A stretch of 20,000 nt of DNA, taken from an uncultured virus (IMG/VR IMGVR_UViG_3300042882_000813). Taxonomy: Duplodnaviria > Heunggongvirae > Uroviricota > Caudoviricetes. Position 1 is the stretch's first letter. Every line of letters begins with the position of its first letter. The position numbers and the translations under genes are program-made. The notes under the pieces were generated by a model that saw nothing but the letters and a program-made list of their open reading frames with translations, did not search any database and was not told the DNA's origin. Shown one piece after another: positions 8,809 through 19,400 of this stretch. The stretch lies in the IMG/VR virus record IMGVR_UViG_3300042882_000813; one strand, written 5' to 3'.

Positions 8809-10371
8809 ATGAAACATAAAGAAATATCTCGTATTGATTTAATAAACGAAATTGGGAAAGAGTTTCCAAAAGGAAAAGGTGTAGAAGTAGGAACATTTAA
8901 AGGTGAGTTCTCAAAAGAAATTATGGAAAATTGGGAAGGTTCATTGTATATGGTTGATGTTTGGAGACCTCTATCAAATGAAGAATACTTAGATGCAAGT
9001 AACCACGGTAATCATGAAACTCAAATTTATGGTGAAGCGATGAATAACATTAAAGGATTTGAAGATAGAGCAGTAATGGTTAGAGCAACCTCAGAAATCG
9101 CCTCTAATATGTTTGAAGACAATTCTTTAGATTTTGTCTACATTGATGCAAATCACGCTTACGATTATGTTGTTCAAGATATTGAATTATGGTATCCTAA
9201 AGTAAAAGAAGGCGGTTATTTATGTGGTCACGATTATATCAACATGGATTGGAATAAAGACCCTAATTTTACCCAAAATGGAAAAGATAAACACATTTAT
9301 AGTAATAATTTCTATCACGGAGTATTTGGAGTTAATCCGGCTGTTGATGAATTTTGTGAGAAAAATGGGTATGATTCTCAAGTAACTAAAGAATGGTTTG
9401 GAACTTGGTGGTTAAAAAAAAAAGTAGATACTAAAAAAATTGCGGTCTTAGTTGTTTATGACGACAACTACGAAGAAATGAAAAAAATAACCGTTGATGA
9501 TAACATTCAACAATATTGTGAATTACACAATTACACATTAATAAAACATAAAGTTGAAGAGACTGATAGACACGCGTCGTGGTACAAAATATCAAAATCA
9601 ATTGAACTATTAAAATCAAATGAATTTGATTGGGTGTTTTTTATTGATTTGGATTGTTTAATAATGAATCCAACTATCAAATTGGAAACCATTATTGACG
9701 AAAAATATTCATTTATCGTCCCCTCACATAATATACCCGCAATTGACACTCCAACCATCACCCCATTCAATACTGATAATACAATAACAAGTCAATTTTT
9801 AGTTAAAAATGACGAAATGGGTATTAAAATATTAGAAGACATATGGGAGGCCAATGGATGGCCGGAAAATATGGATATTAATACTTTTGACTACGAGGGT
9901 AGACAGGCAAGAATAACCATTATAAAACCGGAATTTTCAAATCACATTAAAATTATTGATGAAAAAATACTGAATCGATTTTGGTATATGAATTCACCAT
10001 TTATGGTTTTCCATAATTTTGATGTGAATAATTTGGTATGGAATCCGGGAGACTTCATTGTACACGTAACCGGTTATAAAAAAGAGGACCGAATTAAATT
10101 ACTAAGTGATTTAAATTATTTCTCAGGTGGTAAGGTAGTTAATGTTAAATTAAAAAACGGTACCCTATCATTTAAACCACTACTTGATTTACCTTATCTA
10201 AAACTACAAATTTTAGATGACCAAAATAATATAATTTTAGAACAAGAATACATGGACATGAGTTCAAAACAACCGTATTCACTAAACTTATCAAACTTCA
10301 AAAATACCAATAATTTTATAATTAAAGGTTATAATAAAATCAACAATTTAATATCATTACATAAAGTTTAA
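8809..10371 (+). CDS. Class I SAM-dependent methyltransferase (Methyltransf_24-like) fused to a GT34/MNN10-like glycosyltransferase
   Basis: N-terminal half: GVEVGTFKG (motif I), VDVW, DFVYIDANHAY..V..DI..WYPKVKEGGYLCGHDY. C-terminal half: QQYCELHNY, ASWYKI, DWVFFIDLDCLIMN (DxD), PGDFIVHVTG. Additional ~80-aa beta-rich tail. Confidence 0.88.
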   Translation: MKHKEISRIDLINEIGKEFPKGKGVEVGTFKGEFSKEIMENWEGSLYMVDVWRPLSNEEYLDASNHGNHETQIYGEAMNNIKGFEDRAVMVRATSEIASNMFEDNSLDFVYIDANHAYDYVVQDIELWYPKVKEGGYLCGHDYINMDWNKDPNFTQNGKDKHIYSNNFYHGVFGVNPAVDEFCEKNGYDSQVTKEWFGTWWLKKKVDTKKIAVLVVYDDNYEEMKKITVDDNIQQYCELHNYTLIKHKVEETDRHASWYKISKSIELLKSNEFDWVFFIDLDCLIMNPTIKLETIIDEKYSFIVPSHNIPAIDTPTITPFNTDNTITSQFLVKNDEMGIKILEDIWEANGWPENMDINTFDYEGRQARITIIKPEFSNHIKIIDEKILNRFWYMNSPFMVFHNFDVNNLVWNPGDFIVHVTGYKKEDRIKLLSDLNYFSGGKVVNVKLKNGTLSFKPLLDLPYLKLQILDDQNNIILEQEYMDMSSKQPYSLNLSNFKNTNNFIIKGYNKINNLISLHKV

Positions 10372-10373
10372 AT

Positions 10374-13300
10374 ATGAGAGCATTTATAACTCACACAACT
10401 GAAAATTATGAACACATTACACTAAATTTAGTTAAAAGTATTCAAAAATATTCTAAATATAAAATTTTTGTTTATACCATAGATTATGATGGTTCAAGTG
10501 ATTTACAAAAAGAAACAACTTGTATTAGATTAAACCTAAATCTACCTGAGATTGATGAATCAAGTTTTATTTCAAACGTTAATGGTAATTCATATGTTAA
10601 CAGACAACAAATTAGAACATACCTAACATTAGGAGCTAAAGTTGATGTGATGTTAGACGCATCCTCAATTATAGATGAATGGGTTTATCTTGATTCAGAT
10701 AGTATTGCAAATAAAAATATTGACGAACTATTTGATTATTGCGAAAAAGTAAAAGATTTTCCATTAGCGACTTTAGGTCCTTACGAATATGTTTTATTAG
10801 TTAACCCTGACGGTTCTTTAGTTGGGAATCCATTTTGGAAAGAAAACAACACAATTGATTATGAAAACACTTTAGAGTGGCCATTAATGAAATTCATGGG
10901 ATTACAACCAAATCAAAGAAGTTATTATAAGACCACAAATCTTTTGGTCGGTAATTCTAACACAAAAGATTTCTTAAGAACATGGAAAGATACTAAAGAT
11001 ATTTTACCAAAATTAGTTTCATTAAAAGAGATTGCTCCATATCATGAAGAAACAATTTACAATGTACTAACATGGAAAATAAATCCAAATCATGAAGGAT
11101 TACCAATTTCATACATTAATGTTACAGGAGCTGACACACTAAAACACTTCTTCAAATTTAACGGAAACAAACGTACAACAGTTAGAGAATTTTACACAAT
11201 ACCTGAAGACAAAAATAACATAAAAGTTTTCCACGGAGAAAAACGTCAATCAGAAATTGATAAAATGTTTGAAATAATTGATGGTAATGACAAAATGAAA
11301 GTATTGTTTTTAGCTCCTCATTTATCAACCGGAGGTATGCCATCATTCCTATTAAAACGAATTGAATCGTTATTGAAATATTATCAAGATAAGATGGAGT
11401 TATTTGTTGTGGAGTATTCAAACCATAGTGACCATTATGTTGTTCAAAAAAACAGAATTAAAGAGTTAATACCATCAACCCATTTTTGGACATTAGGTGA
11501 AGATAAAAACGAATTAAAGAAAATTATTGAGGAAAATTATTTTGATGTAATCCATTTGGATGAAATGATTGAATCGTTTGATTATTATAATAAATTGTCA
11601 AATGAATTAATGAACTTCATTTACAAAAATGACCGAACTTGGAGAGTTGTTGAAACTTGTCATAATGTTGTATTCCAACCGGATAATGAAAAAATATTCC
11701 ACCCTGACTCGTATTCATTTTGTTCACCATTCCATAAGGAAGTAACCTTTACGAATATGCCATCACATGGTGAAGTAATTGAATTCCCTTATAACCCAAC
11801 AATTGTATTATCAAAAGAAAGTGCAAAAAATAAATTAGGTTTAGACCCAAACAAAACACATATAATAAATGTTGGATTATGGACATCAGGTAAAAATCAA
11901 GAAGAGGGTGTTGAAATTGCACGATTAGTTGAAAATTTTTACCCTGAGTTAGAATTTCATTTCATCGGAAACCAAGCCCCAAACTTCCAAAATTATTGGG
12001 AACCAATAATGAAAAATTTACCATCTAACGTTAGAGTGTGGGGTGAGAAAGACAATGTTAGTGATTTTATGGCCGCTGCTGATGTGTTAATGTTTAATTC
12101 AACTTGGGAATGTAATCCATTAGTATTACGAGAAGGTATTTCTTACGGATTAAAAATATTAGCAAGAAACCTACCACAATATATGGATATGTTTACGCCT
12201 TACATTAAACAAATGTCAGGTGATATTTTTGATATGAAAAATCAACTTTTAGATTTAATCAAAGATGAAAAAGTTTACGAGTTTCCTTTATACACCGCAA
12301 AAGAATTTGCTGAAAAAAATTATGAATTATATCAACGAATATTAAATCAACCAATAAAGAAACAAATTATTATTGATGAAGAAGTTCAAATATTTCAACA
12401 TTTTGTTAAAGAACCATTTTTAGAAATAAAAGGAACAGGTGATAAAGACTATAATATTAAATTCTTTGACGAAGAAGGTGTTTGTCATTATGAAAACACA
12501 ATAAAACCAAATCATTGGATTAAACTAAGTAGAAATTATTACACCAAATGGAGAACGACTGTAACTCGTGATAATGTTATTATCTATGATAATACCTTAG
12601 ACTTTACAAACAAGAGAGTTTATATCGCATTTGATAGTAAATCATTAGGTGATTCAATTGCATGGATTCCTTATGTTATGGAGTTCAAAAAGAAACACAA
12701 TTGTAAAGTTATTGTGTCAACGTTTTGGAATCATTTATTTGAAAGTGAGTATCCGGAAATCGAATTTGTAACACCAGGCATACCTGTACCCAATTTAATT
12801 GCAATGTATTCTATTGGATGGTTCTACGATAAAAATAAAGAACCAATTCAACCTAATTTAATACCATTACAACAAACAATAACTAACATATTAGGTTTAG
12901 ATTATGTTGAAATACAACCAAAAATACATAACCCTACTAATCCAAGACCTTATCAGAAGAAATATGTCACCATTGCAACTAATTCAACGGCAGGATGTAA
13001 ATTTTGGACAAGAGAAGCGTGGCAAACATTAATTAATCATCTTCATAGTTTAGGTTATAAAATAATAAATGTTTCAAAAGAGGATAACCCATTTGAGAAC
13101 GTAAATAAAATTAAAAACACATCTATGTCTCACACCATAAGTGTTATTAATCACAGTGAGTTCTTTATAGGTTTATCAAGTGGTTTATCTTGGTTAGCTT
13201 GGGGATTAGGTAAAGAAGTTGTTATGATTAGTAATTTTACCCAACATGACCACGAATTTACAATAAATTGTACTCGAATTACAAATAAAAAAGTATGTAA

Positions 13301-13448
13301 TGGATGTTGGAATAATCCTGAATTTACCTTCGATAAAGGAGATTGGAATTGGTGCCCCGTACATAAAGGAACTGAAAGACAATTCGAATGTCATACCTCA
13401 ATCACACCAAAAATGGTTATAGACCAAATACAACATTTAATTAAATAA
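10374..13448 (+). CDS. Tri-domain glycosyltransferase: GT-A (DxD) + GT4 (GT-B) + TibC/Aah-like autotransporter O-heptosyltransferase (BAHT family)
   Basis: GT-A: WVYLDSDSIA, HEETIYN, VFHG (~10374-11290). GT4: KVLFLAPHLSTGGMP, VGLWTSGKNQ, FMAAADVLMFNSTWECNPLVLRE (~11295-12345). BAHT: SLGDSIAWIPY, STAGCKFW, FFIGLSSGLSWLAWGLGKEVVMISNFT, CNGCWN...WCP.HKGTERQFEC...IT (~12380-13445). Starts 2 nt after the upstream stop. Confidence 0.92.
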   Translation: MRAFITHTTENYEHITLNLVKSIQKYSKYKIFVYTIDYDGSSDLQKETTCIRLNLNLPEIDESSFISNVNGNSYVNRQQIRTYLTLGAKVDVMLDASSIIDEWVYLDSDSIANKNIDELFDYCEKVKDFPLATLGPYEYVLLVNPDGSLVGNPFWKENNTIDYENTLEWPLMKFMGLQPNQRSYYKTTNLLVGNSNTKDFLRTWKDTKDILPKLVSLKEIAPYHEETIYNVLTWKINPNHEGLPISYINVTGADTLKHFFKFNGNKRTTVREFYTIPEDKNNIKVFHGEKRQSEIDKMFEIIDGNDKMKVLFLAPHLSTGGMPSFLLKRIESLLKYYQDKMELFVVEYSNHSDHYVVQKNRIKELIPSTHFWTLGEDKNELKKIIEENYFDVIHLDEMIESFDYYNKLSNELMNFIYKNDRTWRVVETCHNVVFQPDNEKIFHPDSYSFCSPFHKEVTFTNMPSHGEVIEFPYNPTIVLSKESAKNKLGLDPNKTHIINVGLWTSGKNQEEGVEIARLVENFYPELEFHFIGNQAPNFQNYWEPIMKNLPSNVRVWGEKDNVSDFMAAADVLMFNSTWECNPLVLREGISYGLKILARNLPQYMDMFTPYIKQMSGDIFDMKNQLLDLIKDEKVYEFPLYTAKEFAEKNYELYQRILNQPIKKQIIIDEEVQIFQHFVKEPFLEIKGTGDKDYNIKFFDEEGVCHYENTIKPNHWIKLSRNYYTKWRTTVTRDNVIIYDNTLDFTNKRVYIAFDSKSLGDSIAWIPYVMEFKKKHNCKVIVSTFWNHLFESEYPEIEFVTPGIPVPNLIAMYSIGWFYDKNKEPIQPNLIPLQQTITNILGLDYVEIQPKIHNPTNPRPYQKKYVTIATNSTAGCKFWTREAWQTLINHLHSLGYKIINVSKEDNPFENVNKIKNTSMSHTISVINHSEFFIGLSSGLSWLAWGLGKEVVMISNFTQHDHEFTINCTRITNKKVCNGCWNNPEFTFDKGDWNWCPVHKGTERQFECHTSITPKMVIDQIQHLIK

Positions 13449-13475
13449 AAAAAGGGACTTAATGTCCCTTTTTTT
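13447..13475. terminator. Bidirectional intrinsic terminator between convergent genes
   Basis: AAAAAAAGGGAC-TTAAT-GTCCCTTTTTTT perfect inverted repeat between the stops at 13448 (+) and 13480 (-). Confidence 0.92.
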
Positions 13476-13479
13476 ATTA

Positions 13480-16400
13480 TTATTTTATTGGTTTATATTC
13501 CAATAAAACTTTCTCAACGTCTTTTCGTTCTGCGTATATTAAATAAAATACATTAATATCGTCACAACCACTATCTATAAAGACTTTGTTATCTTTAATC
13601 TCAACAATGTAGTTTTCACAAGGTTTACCAATTGAGGTTAGATTCACTGTAAAACTATCTTCATGAACTAATCCAACCCAATAATCCGGTAATTCAATTA
13701 CTTTTTGTGTTGTACTACCTCTAAAGTAAACTCCATGTTCTGGTCCCTCTAAGACACCATATCTTAAACGATAACCTTCTTTAGTTGGATGAGGGATATC
13801 GAATGATTTGGATGCTGCGGTTAATGAACCTGTCATTACAGTATCACCAGTAATTCTTAATGTTGAACCATCAAATGTCGCATTTGTTTCAGCTTGTAAT
13901 TCACCTGAGTTACCAGTTGCGGTGGTTAATCTATTATTAGCATTGTTCAGTATATTAGCAATACCACTAGTACCTGAAGTTCCACTAGTACCTGTTGTTC
14001 CTGATGTTCCATTAACACCTGAAGTTCCACTCGTACCTGTTGTTCCACTTGTTCCTGTCGTACCGCTAGTTCCCGAAGTACCTGTTGTTCCTGATGTTCC
14101 ATTAACACCCGAAGTTCCTGATGTACCTGTTGTACCGCTAGTTCCTGTAGTTCCACTAGTTCCTGATGTACCTGTTGTTCCGCTAGTTCCTGTTGTTCCT
14201 GAAGTACCTGATGTACCATTTACACCCGAAGTACCTGATGTACCGTTAACACCTGAAGTACCACTCGTTCCTGTTGTACCACTTGTACCTGTAGTTCCTG
14301 AAGTACCTGAAGTTCCTGTTGTTCCTGATGTACCTGTTGTTCCTGATGTACCTGTTGTTCCACTAGTTCCTGATGTACCATTTACACCCGAAGTTCCACT
14401 TGTTCCTGTAGTACCCGAAGTACCTGATGTACCTGTAGTTCCACTTGTTCCTGTAGTACCCGAAGTACCTGATGTTCCATTTACTCCCGAAGTTCCACTT
14501 GTTCCTGTTGTTCCTGATGTACCTGAAGTTCCGTTAATACCTGAGGTTCCGCTAGTTCCTGTAGTACCTGATGTACCACTTGTACCTGTAGTTCCTGAAG
14601 TACCTGTTGTACCACTAGTCCCTGTTGTTCCTGAAGTTCCATTAACACCCGAAGTTCCACTTGTACCTGTCGTACCACTAGTCCCTGTTGTTCCTGAAGT
14701 TCCATTAACACCCGAAGTTCCACTTGTACCTGTCGTACCGCTAGTTCCACTTGTTCCTGTCGTACCGCTAGTTCCCGAAGTTCCACTAGTCCCTGTTGTT
14801 CCTGATGTACCATTAACACCCGAAGTTCCTGATGTTCCATCAATACCTGAAGTTCCACTTGTTCCTGATGTTCCATTTACTCCTGATGTCCCACTTGTGC
14901 CTGAGGTACCTGTTGTTCCTGAAGTACCACTAGTTCCTGATGTACCTGTCGTACCACTTGTTCCTGTAGTTCCTGATGTACCTGATGTACCATTAACACC
15001 TGAGGTTCCACTTGTACCTGATGTACCACTTGTACCTGTTGTTCCACTAGTTCCTGAAGTACCTGTAGTTCCTGATGTACCTGTTGTTCCTGAAGTTCCA
15101 TTTACACCTGAAGTTCCACTAGTTCCTGTAGTTCCTGATGTACCTGAAGTTCCATTAACACCCGAAGTTCCACTTGTACCTGTTGTTCCTGATGTACCTG
15201 TTGTTCCTGAAGTTCCATTTACACCTGAAGTTCCACTAGTTCCTGTAGTTCCTGATGTACCTGAAGTTCCATTAACACCCGAAGTTCCACTTGTACCTGT
15301 TGTTCCTGAAGTACCTGAAGTTCCATTAACACCAGAAGTTCCACTTGTACCTGTTGTACCACTAGTTCCTGATGTACCATCTATACCCGAAGTACCACTT
15401 GTTCCTGACGTACCACTTGTACCTGTAGTACCTGAAGTACCGCTAGTTCCTGTCGTTCCTGATGTTCCACTTGTACCTGTCGTTCCTGAAGTACCTGATG
15501 TACCATCCGTTCCCGAAGTACCGCTAGTTCCGTCAATGCCTGAGGTTCCACTAGTACCTGTTGTCCCACTTGTACCTGAAGTTCCACTAGTACCTGTTGT
15601 CCCTGATGTTCCGCTTGTACCTGTGGTTCCACTTGTACCTGTAGTTCCTGAAGTACCACTAGTTCCTGATGTACCATCTATACCCGAAGTACCACTTGTT
15701 CCTGACGTACCACTTGTACCTGTAGTACCTGAAGTACCGCTAGTTCCACTTGTTCCTGACGTACCTGTAGTTCCTGAAGTACCGCTAGTACCTGATGTTC
15801 CATCTATACCTGAAGTTCCTGAGGTACCTGTTGTACCGCTAGTCCCTGATGTACCTGTTGTACCGCTAGTTCCTGACGTACCTGTCGTACCGCTAGTTCC
15901 TGATGTTCCATCTATTCCTGAAGTACCACTTGTACCTGTTGTTCCTGACGTACCTGTCGTACCGCTAGTTCCTGATGTTCCATCTATTCCTGAAGTACCA
16001 CTTGTACCTGTTGTTCCTGACGTACCTGTCGTACCGCTAGTTCCTGAAGTTCCATCTATCCCACTTGTACCTGAAGTACCTGAGGTACCTGTTGTACCAC
16101 TTGTTCCTGAAGTTCCATCTGTTCCACTTGTACCTGAAGTTCCATCTATCCCACTTGTACCTGAAGTACCTGAAGTACCTGAGGTACCTGTTGTACCACT
16201 TGTTCCTGAAGTTCCATCTATCCCACTTGTACCTGAAGTACCTGAAGTACCATCTGTTCCGCTAGTACCTGAAGTACCATCTGTTCCACTAGTACCTGAC
16301 GTACCTGTTGTACCGCTAGTTCCTGATGTACCTGTTGTACCGCTAGTTCCTGACGTACCTGTCGTACCGCTAGTTCCTGAAGTTCCATCTGTTCCACTTG

Positions 16401-19400
16401 TACCTGATGTACCATCTGTTCCACTAGTACCTGACGTTCCGTCAACACCACTTGTTCCTGAAGTTCCATCTGTTCCACTTGTACCTGAAGTACCTGAAGT
16501 ACCATCTGTTCCACTAGTACCTGACGTTCCGTCAACACCACTTGTTCCTGATGTACCTGTTGTACCGCTAGTTCCTGAAGTTCCGTCTATTCCCGAAGTT
16601 CCACTTGTTCCTGAGGTTCCATCAATACCCGAAGTACCACTAGTTCCTGTTGTTCCACTTGTACCCGAAGTACCATCAATACCTGAAGTACCACTTGTTC
16701 CTGATGTTCCATCTATCCCAGATGTACCACTAGTACCTGATGTACCACTTGTTCCTGATGTGCCCGAAGTACCATCAATTCCCGATGTTCCGCTTGTACC
16801 TGAAGTACCATCTGTACCACTAGTTCCTGAAGTTCCATCAATACCGCTAGTTCCTGAAGTTCCATCTGTACCGCTTGTACCTGAAGTACCATCTGTACCG
16901 CTCGTTCCTGAAGTACCATCAATACCCGAAGTACCGCTAGTTCCGTTAATACCTGATGTCCCTGATGTCCCTGATGTTCCAGCAATTGCCCCAACTGATG
17001 TTAATACAAATGAATAATATGAATTACCTTCAGTATAATATACCACTGACCTCGAACTTGAATCATTATTACTCAAATATAACCTAACAATCATTCTATT
17101 TGTTGGGTCAATTGTTGTTGTCGGTAAAACAATATCGACATTAACCTCAACAGGTACCACAGAACTAACCCACCCAATTAAGGCAACGTTAGACGTTATT
17201 GTTGGACCTATTGGTGTTCCCGACGAAGTTGCTAATTGAATTTCAACATAAGCATCGATATCATCATTTGATGCCGGTTTTAGATAATGTAAATGAAATC
17301 TTTGTACACCACCAGGAATTACTGCAAAACCTAATTGTGGCGTTATGTAATCGGAAACCAAAACATTTTGTTGACTTCCTGTTAAATTTGTTGTTAAAGT
17401 TTGTGTTGTAGCCGTTGATGGGTCTGTTGATAATACTTTATAACCCGAAACATCACTATTCTGACTTTCATTGAAGTAAAATACCTGACCTGCGGAAATA
17501 CCATTTTCTCCACTTGTCCCTGAAGTACCTGTCGTTCCTGAAGTTCCACTTGTTCCTGTTGTACCACTAGTACCGGTTGTTCCTGAAGTACCACTTGTTC
17601 CTGTTGTTCCGCTAGTACCTGAAGTACCGTCAGTTCCACTAGTACCTGTAGTTCCACTAGTACCTGATGTACCATCTATTCCACTTGTACCCGATGTTCC
17701 ACTTGTACCACTAGTTCCTGATGTACCATCTGTTCCGCTAGTCCCTGATGTACCATCTGTTCCGCTAGTCCCTGAAGTTCCATCGGTTCCGCTAGTCCCT
17801 GATGTTCCATCAATTCCTGAAGTACCACTAGTTCCCGTTGTACCACTTGTTCCTGATGTACCATCCGTTCCTGAAGTACCTGTAGTACCACTAGTTCCTG
17901 AAGTACCCGTAGTTCCACTAGTTCCTGATGTACCTGATGTACCTGTCGTACCACTAGTCCCTGAAGTTCCCGAAGTTCCGTCCGTTCCACTTGTTCCTGA
18001 AGTCCCGGTTGTTCCCGAAGTACCACTTGTACCTGATGTTCCGTCAATTCCTGAAGTACCACTAGTTCCCGTTGTACCTGAAGTACCTGAAGTGCCATCT
18101 GTTCCGCTAGTTCCTGATGTACCATCAATACCTGAAGTACCTGAAGTACCATCAATACCTGATGTTCCACTTGTTCCCGAAGTACCTGAAGTACCATCAA
18201 TACCACTAGTTCCTGACGTACCTGAAGTTCCATCTATTCCTGAAGTACCTGATGTTCCGTCAACACCACTTGTTCCTGATGTACCATCAATTCCTGAAGT
18301 CCCTGAAGTTCCATCAATACCTGATGTACCTGAGGTCCCTGAAGTTCCACTTGTTCCTGATGTCCCATCAATTCCTGAAGTTCCACTAGTCCCTGATGTA
18401 CCATCTATTCCACTTGTACCTGAAGTTCCACTTGTACCGGTTGTTCCTGAAGTACCGCTAGTACCTGAAGTACCGTCAATACCTGAAGTTCCACTTGTTC
18501 CTGTTGTTCCTGAAGTTCCACTTGTACCTGAAGTCCCATCAATACCTGAAGTTCCACTAGTACCTGAAGTACCATCAATTCCTGAAGTACCTGACGTTCC
18601 GTCAATACCACTTGTTCCTGAAGTACCGTCAATACCTGATGTTCCTGAGGTACCTGATGTTCCATCAATTCCTGAAGTACCTGAAGTACCATCAATTCCT
18701 GAAGTTCCACTTGTTCCTGAAGTACCGTCAATACCTGAAGTTCCACTTGTACCTGATGTTCCATCTATTCCGCTAGTACCTGAAGTACCATCTGTACCTG
18801 AGGTTCCACTAGTCCCTGATGTACCTGACGTTCCGTCAATACCGCTAGTTCCACTTGTTCCCGAAGTTCCATCTATTCCTGAAGTCCCACTTGTTCCCGA
18901 AGTTCCATCTATTCCTGAAGTACCACTTGTACCTGATGTTCCATCAATTCCTGAAGTACCTGATGTACCATCTATTCCTGAAGTACCACTTGTACCTGAT
19001 GTACCATCTATTCCTGAAGTACCACTTGTACCTGATGTACCATCTATTCCTGAAGTTCCACTAGTTCCTGATGTACCATCAATTCCTGAAGTTCCTGAAG
19101 TTCCGTCAATACCACTTGTTCCTGATGTACCATCAATTCCTGAAGTACCTGACGTTCCGTCAATACCACTAGTTCCTGAAGTTCCGTCAATACCACTAGT
19201 TCCTGAAGTTCCGTCAATACCACTAGTTCCTGAGGTACCTGATGTACCGTCTGTCCCACTTGTTCCTGATGTTCCTGATGTACCATCTATCCCTGAAGTT
19301 CCACTTGTACCTGAAGTACCTGACGTTCCATCTATTCCTGAAGTACCACTTGTTCCTGAAGTTCCTGATGTACCTGAAGTTCCGTCTATTCCTGATGTAC

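Noticed and set aside
298..13394. Other short overlapping ORFs (298-714, 1078-1443, 1877-2077, 3214-3432, 3746-3934, 3782-3985, 4488-4697, 4767-4985, 7128-7313, 9431-9619, 9531-9770, 11182-11421, 13206-13394)
   Set aside because: They lie within well-supported longer genes in other frames or strands and have no recognisable motifs.
13808..17017. 1069-aa + strand ORF (VPEVPLVP repeats)
   Set aside because: Antisense shadow of the G-T-S codons, which rarely create stops in this frame. It closes on entering non-repeat sequence, and the terminator at 13447-13475 blocks read-through into it.
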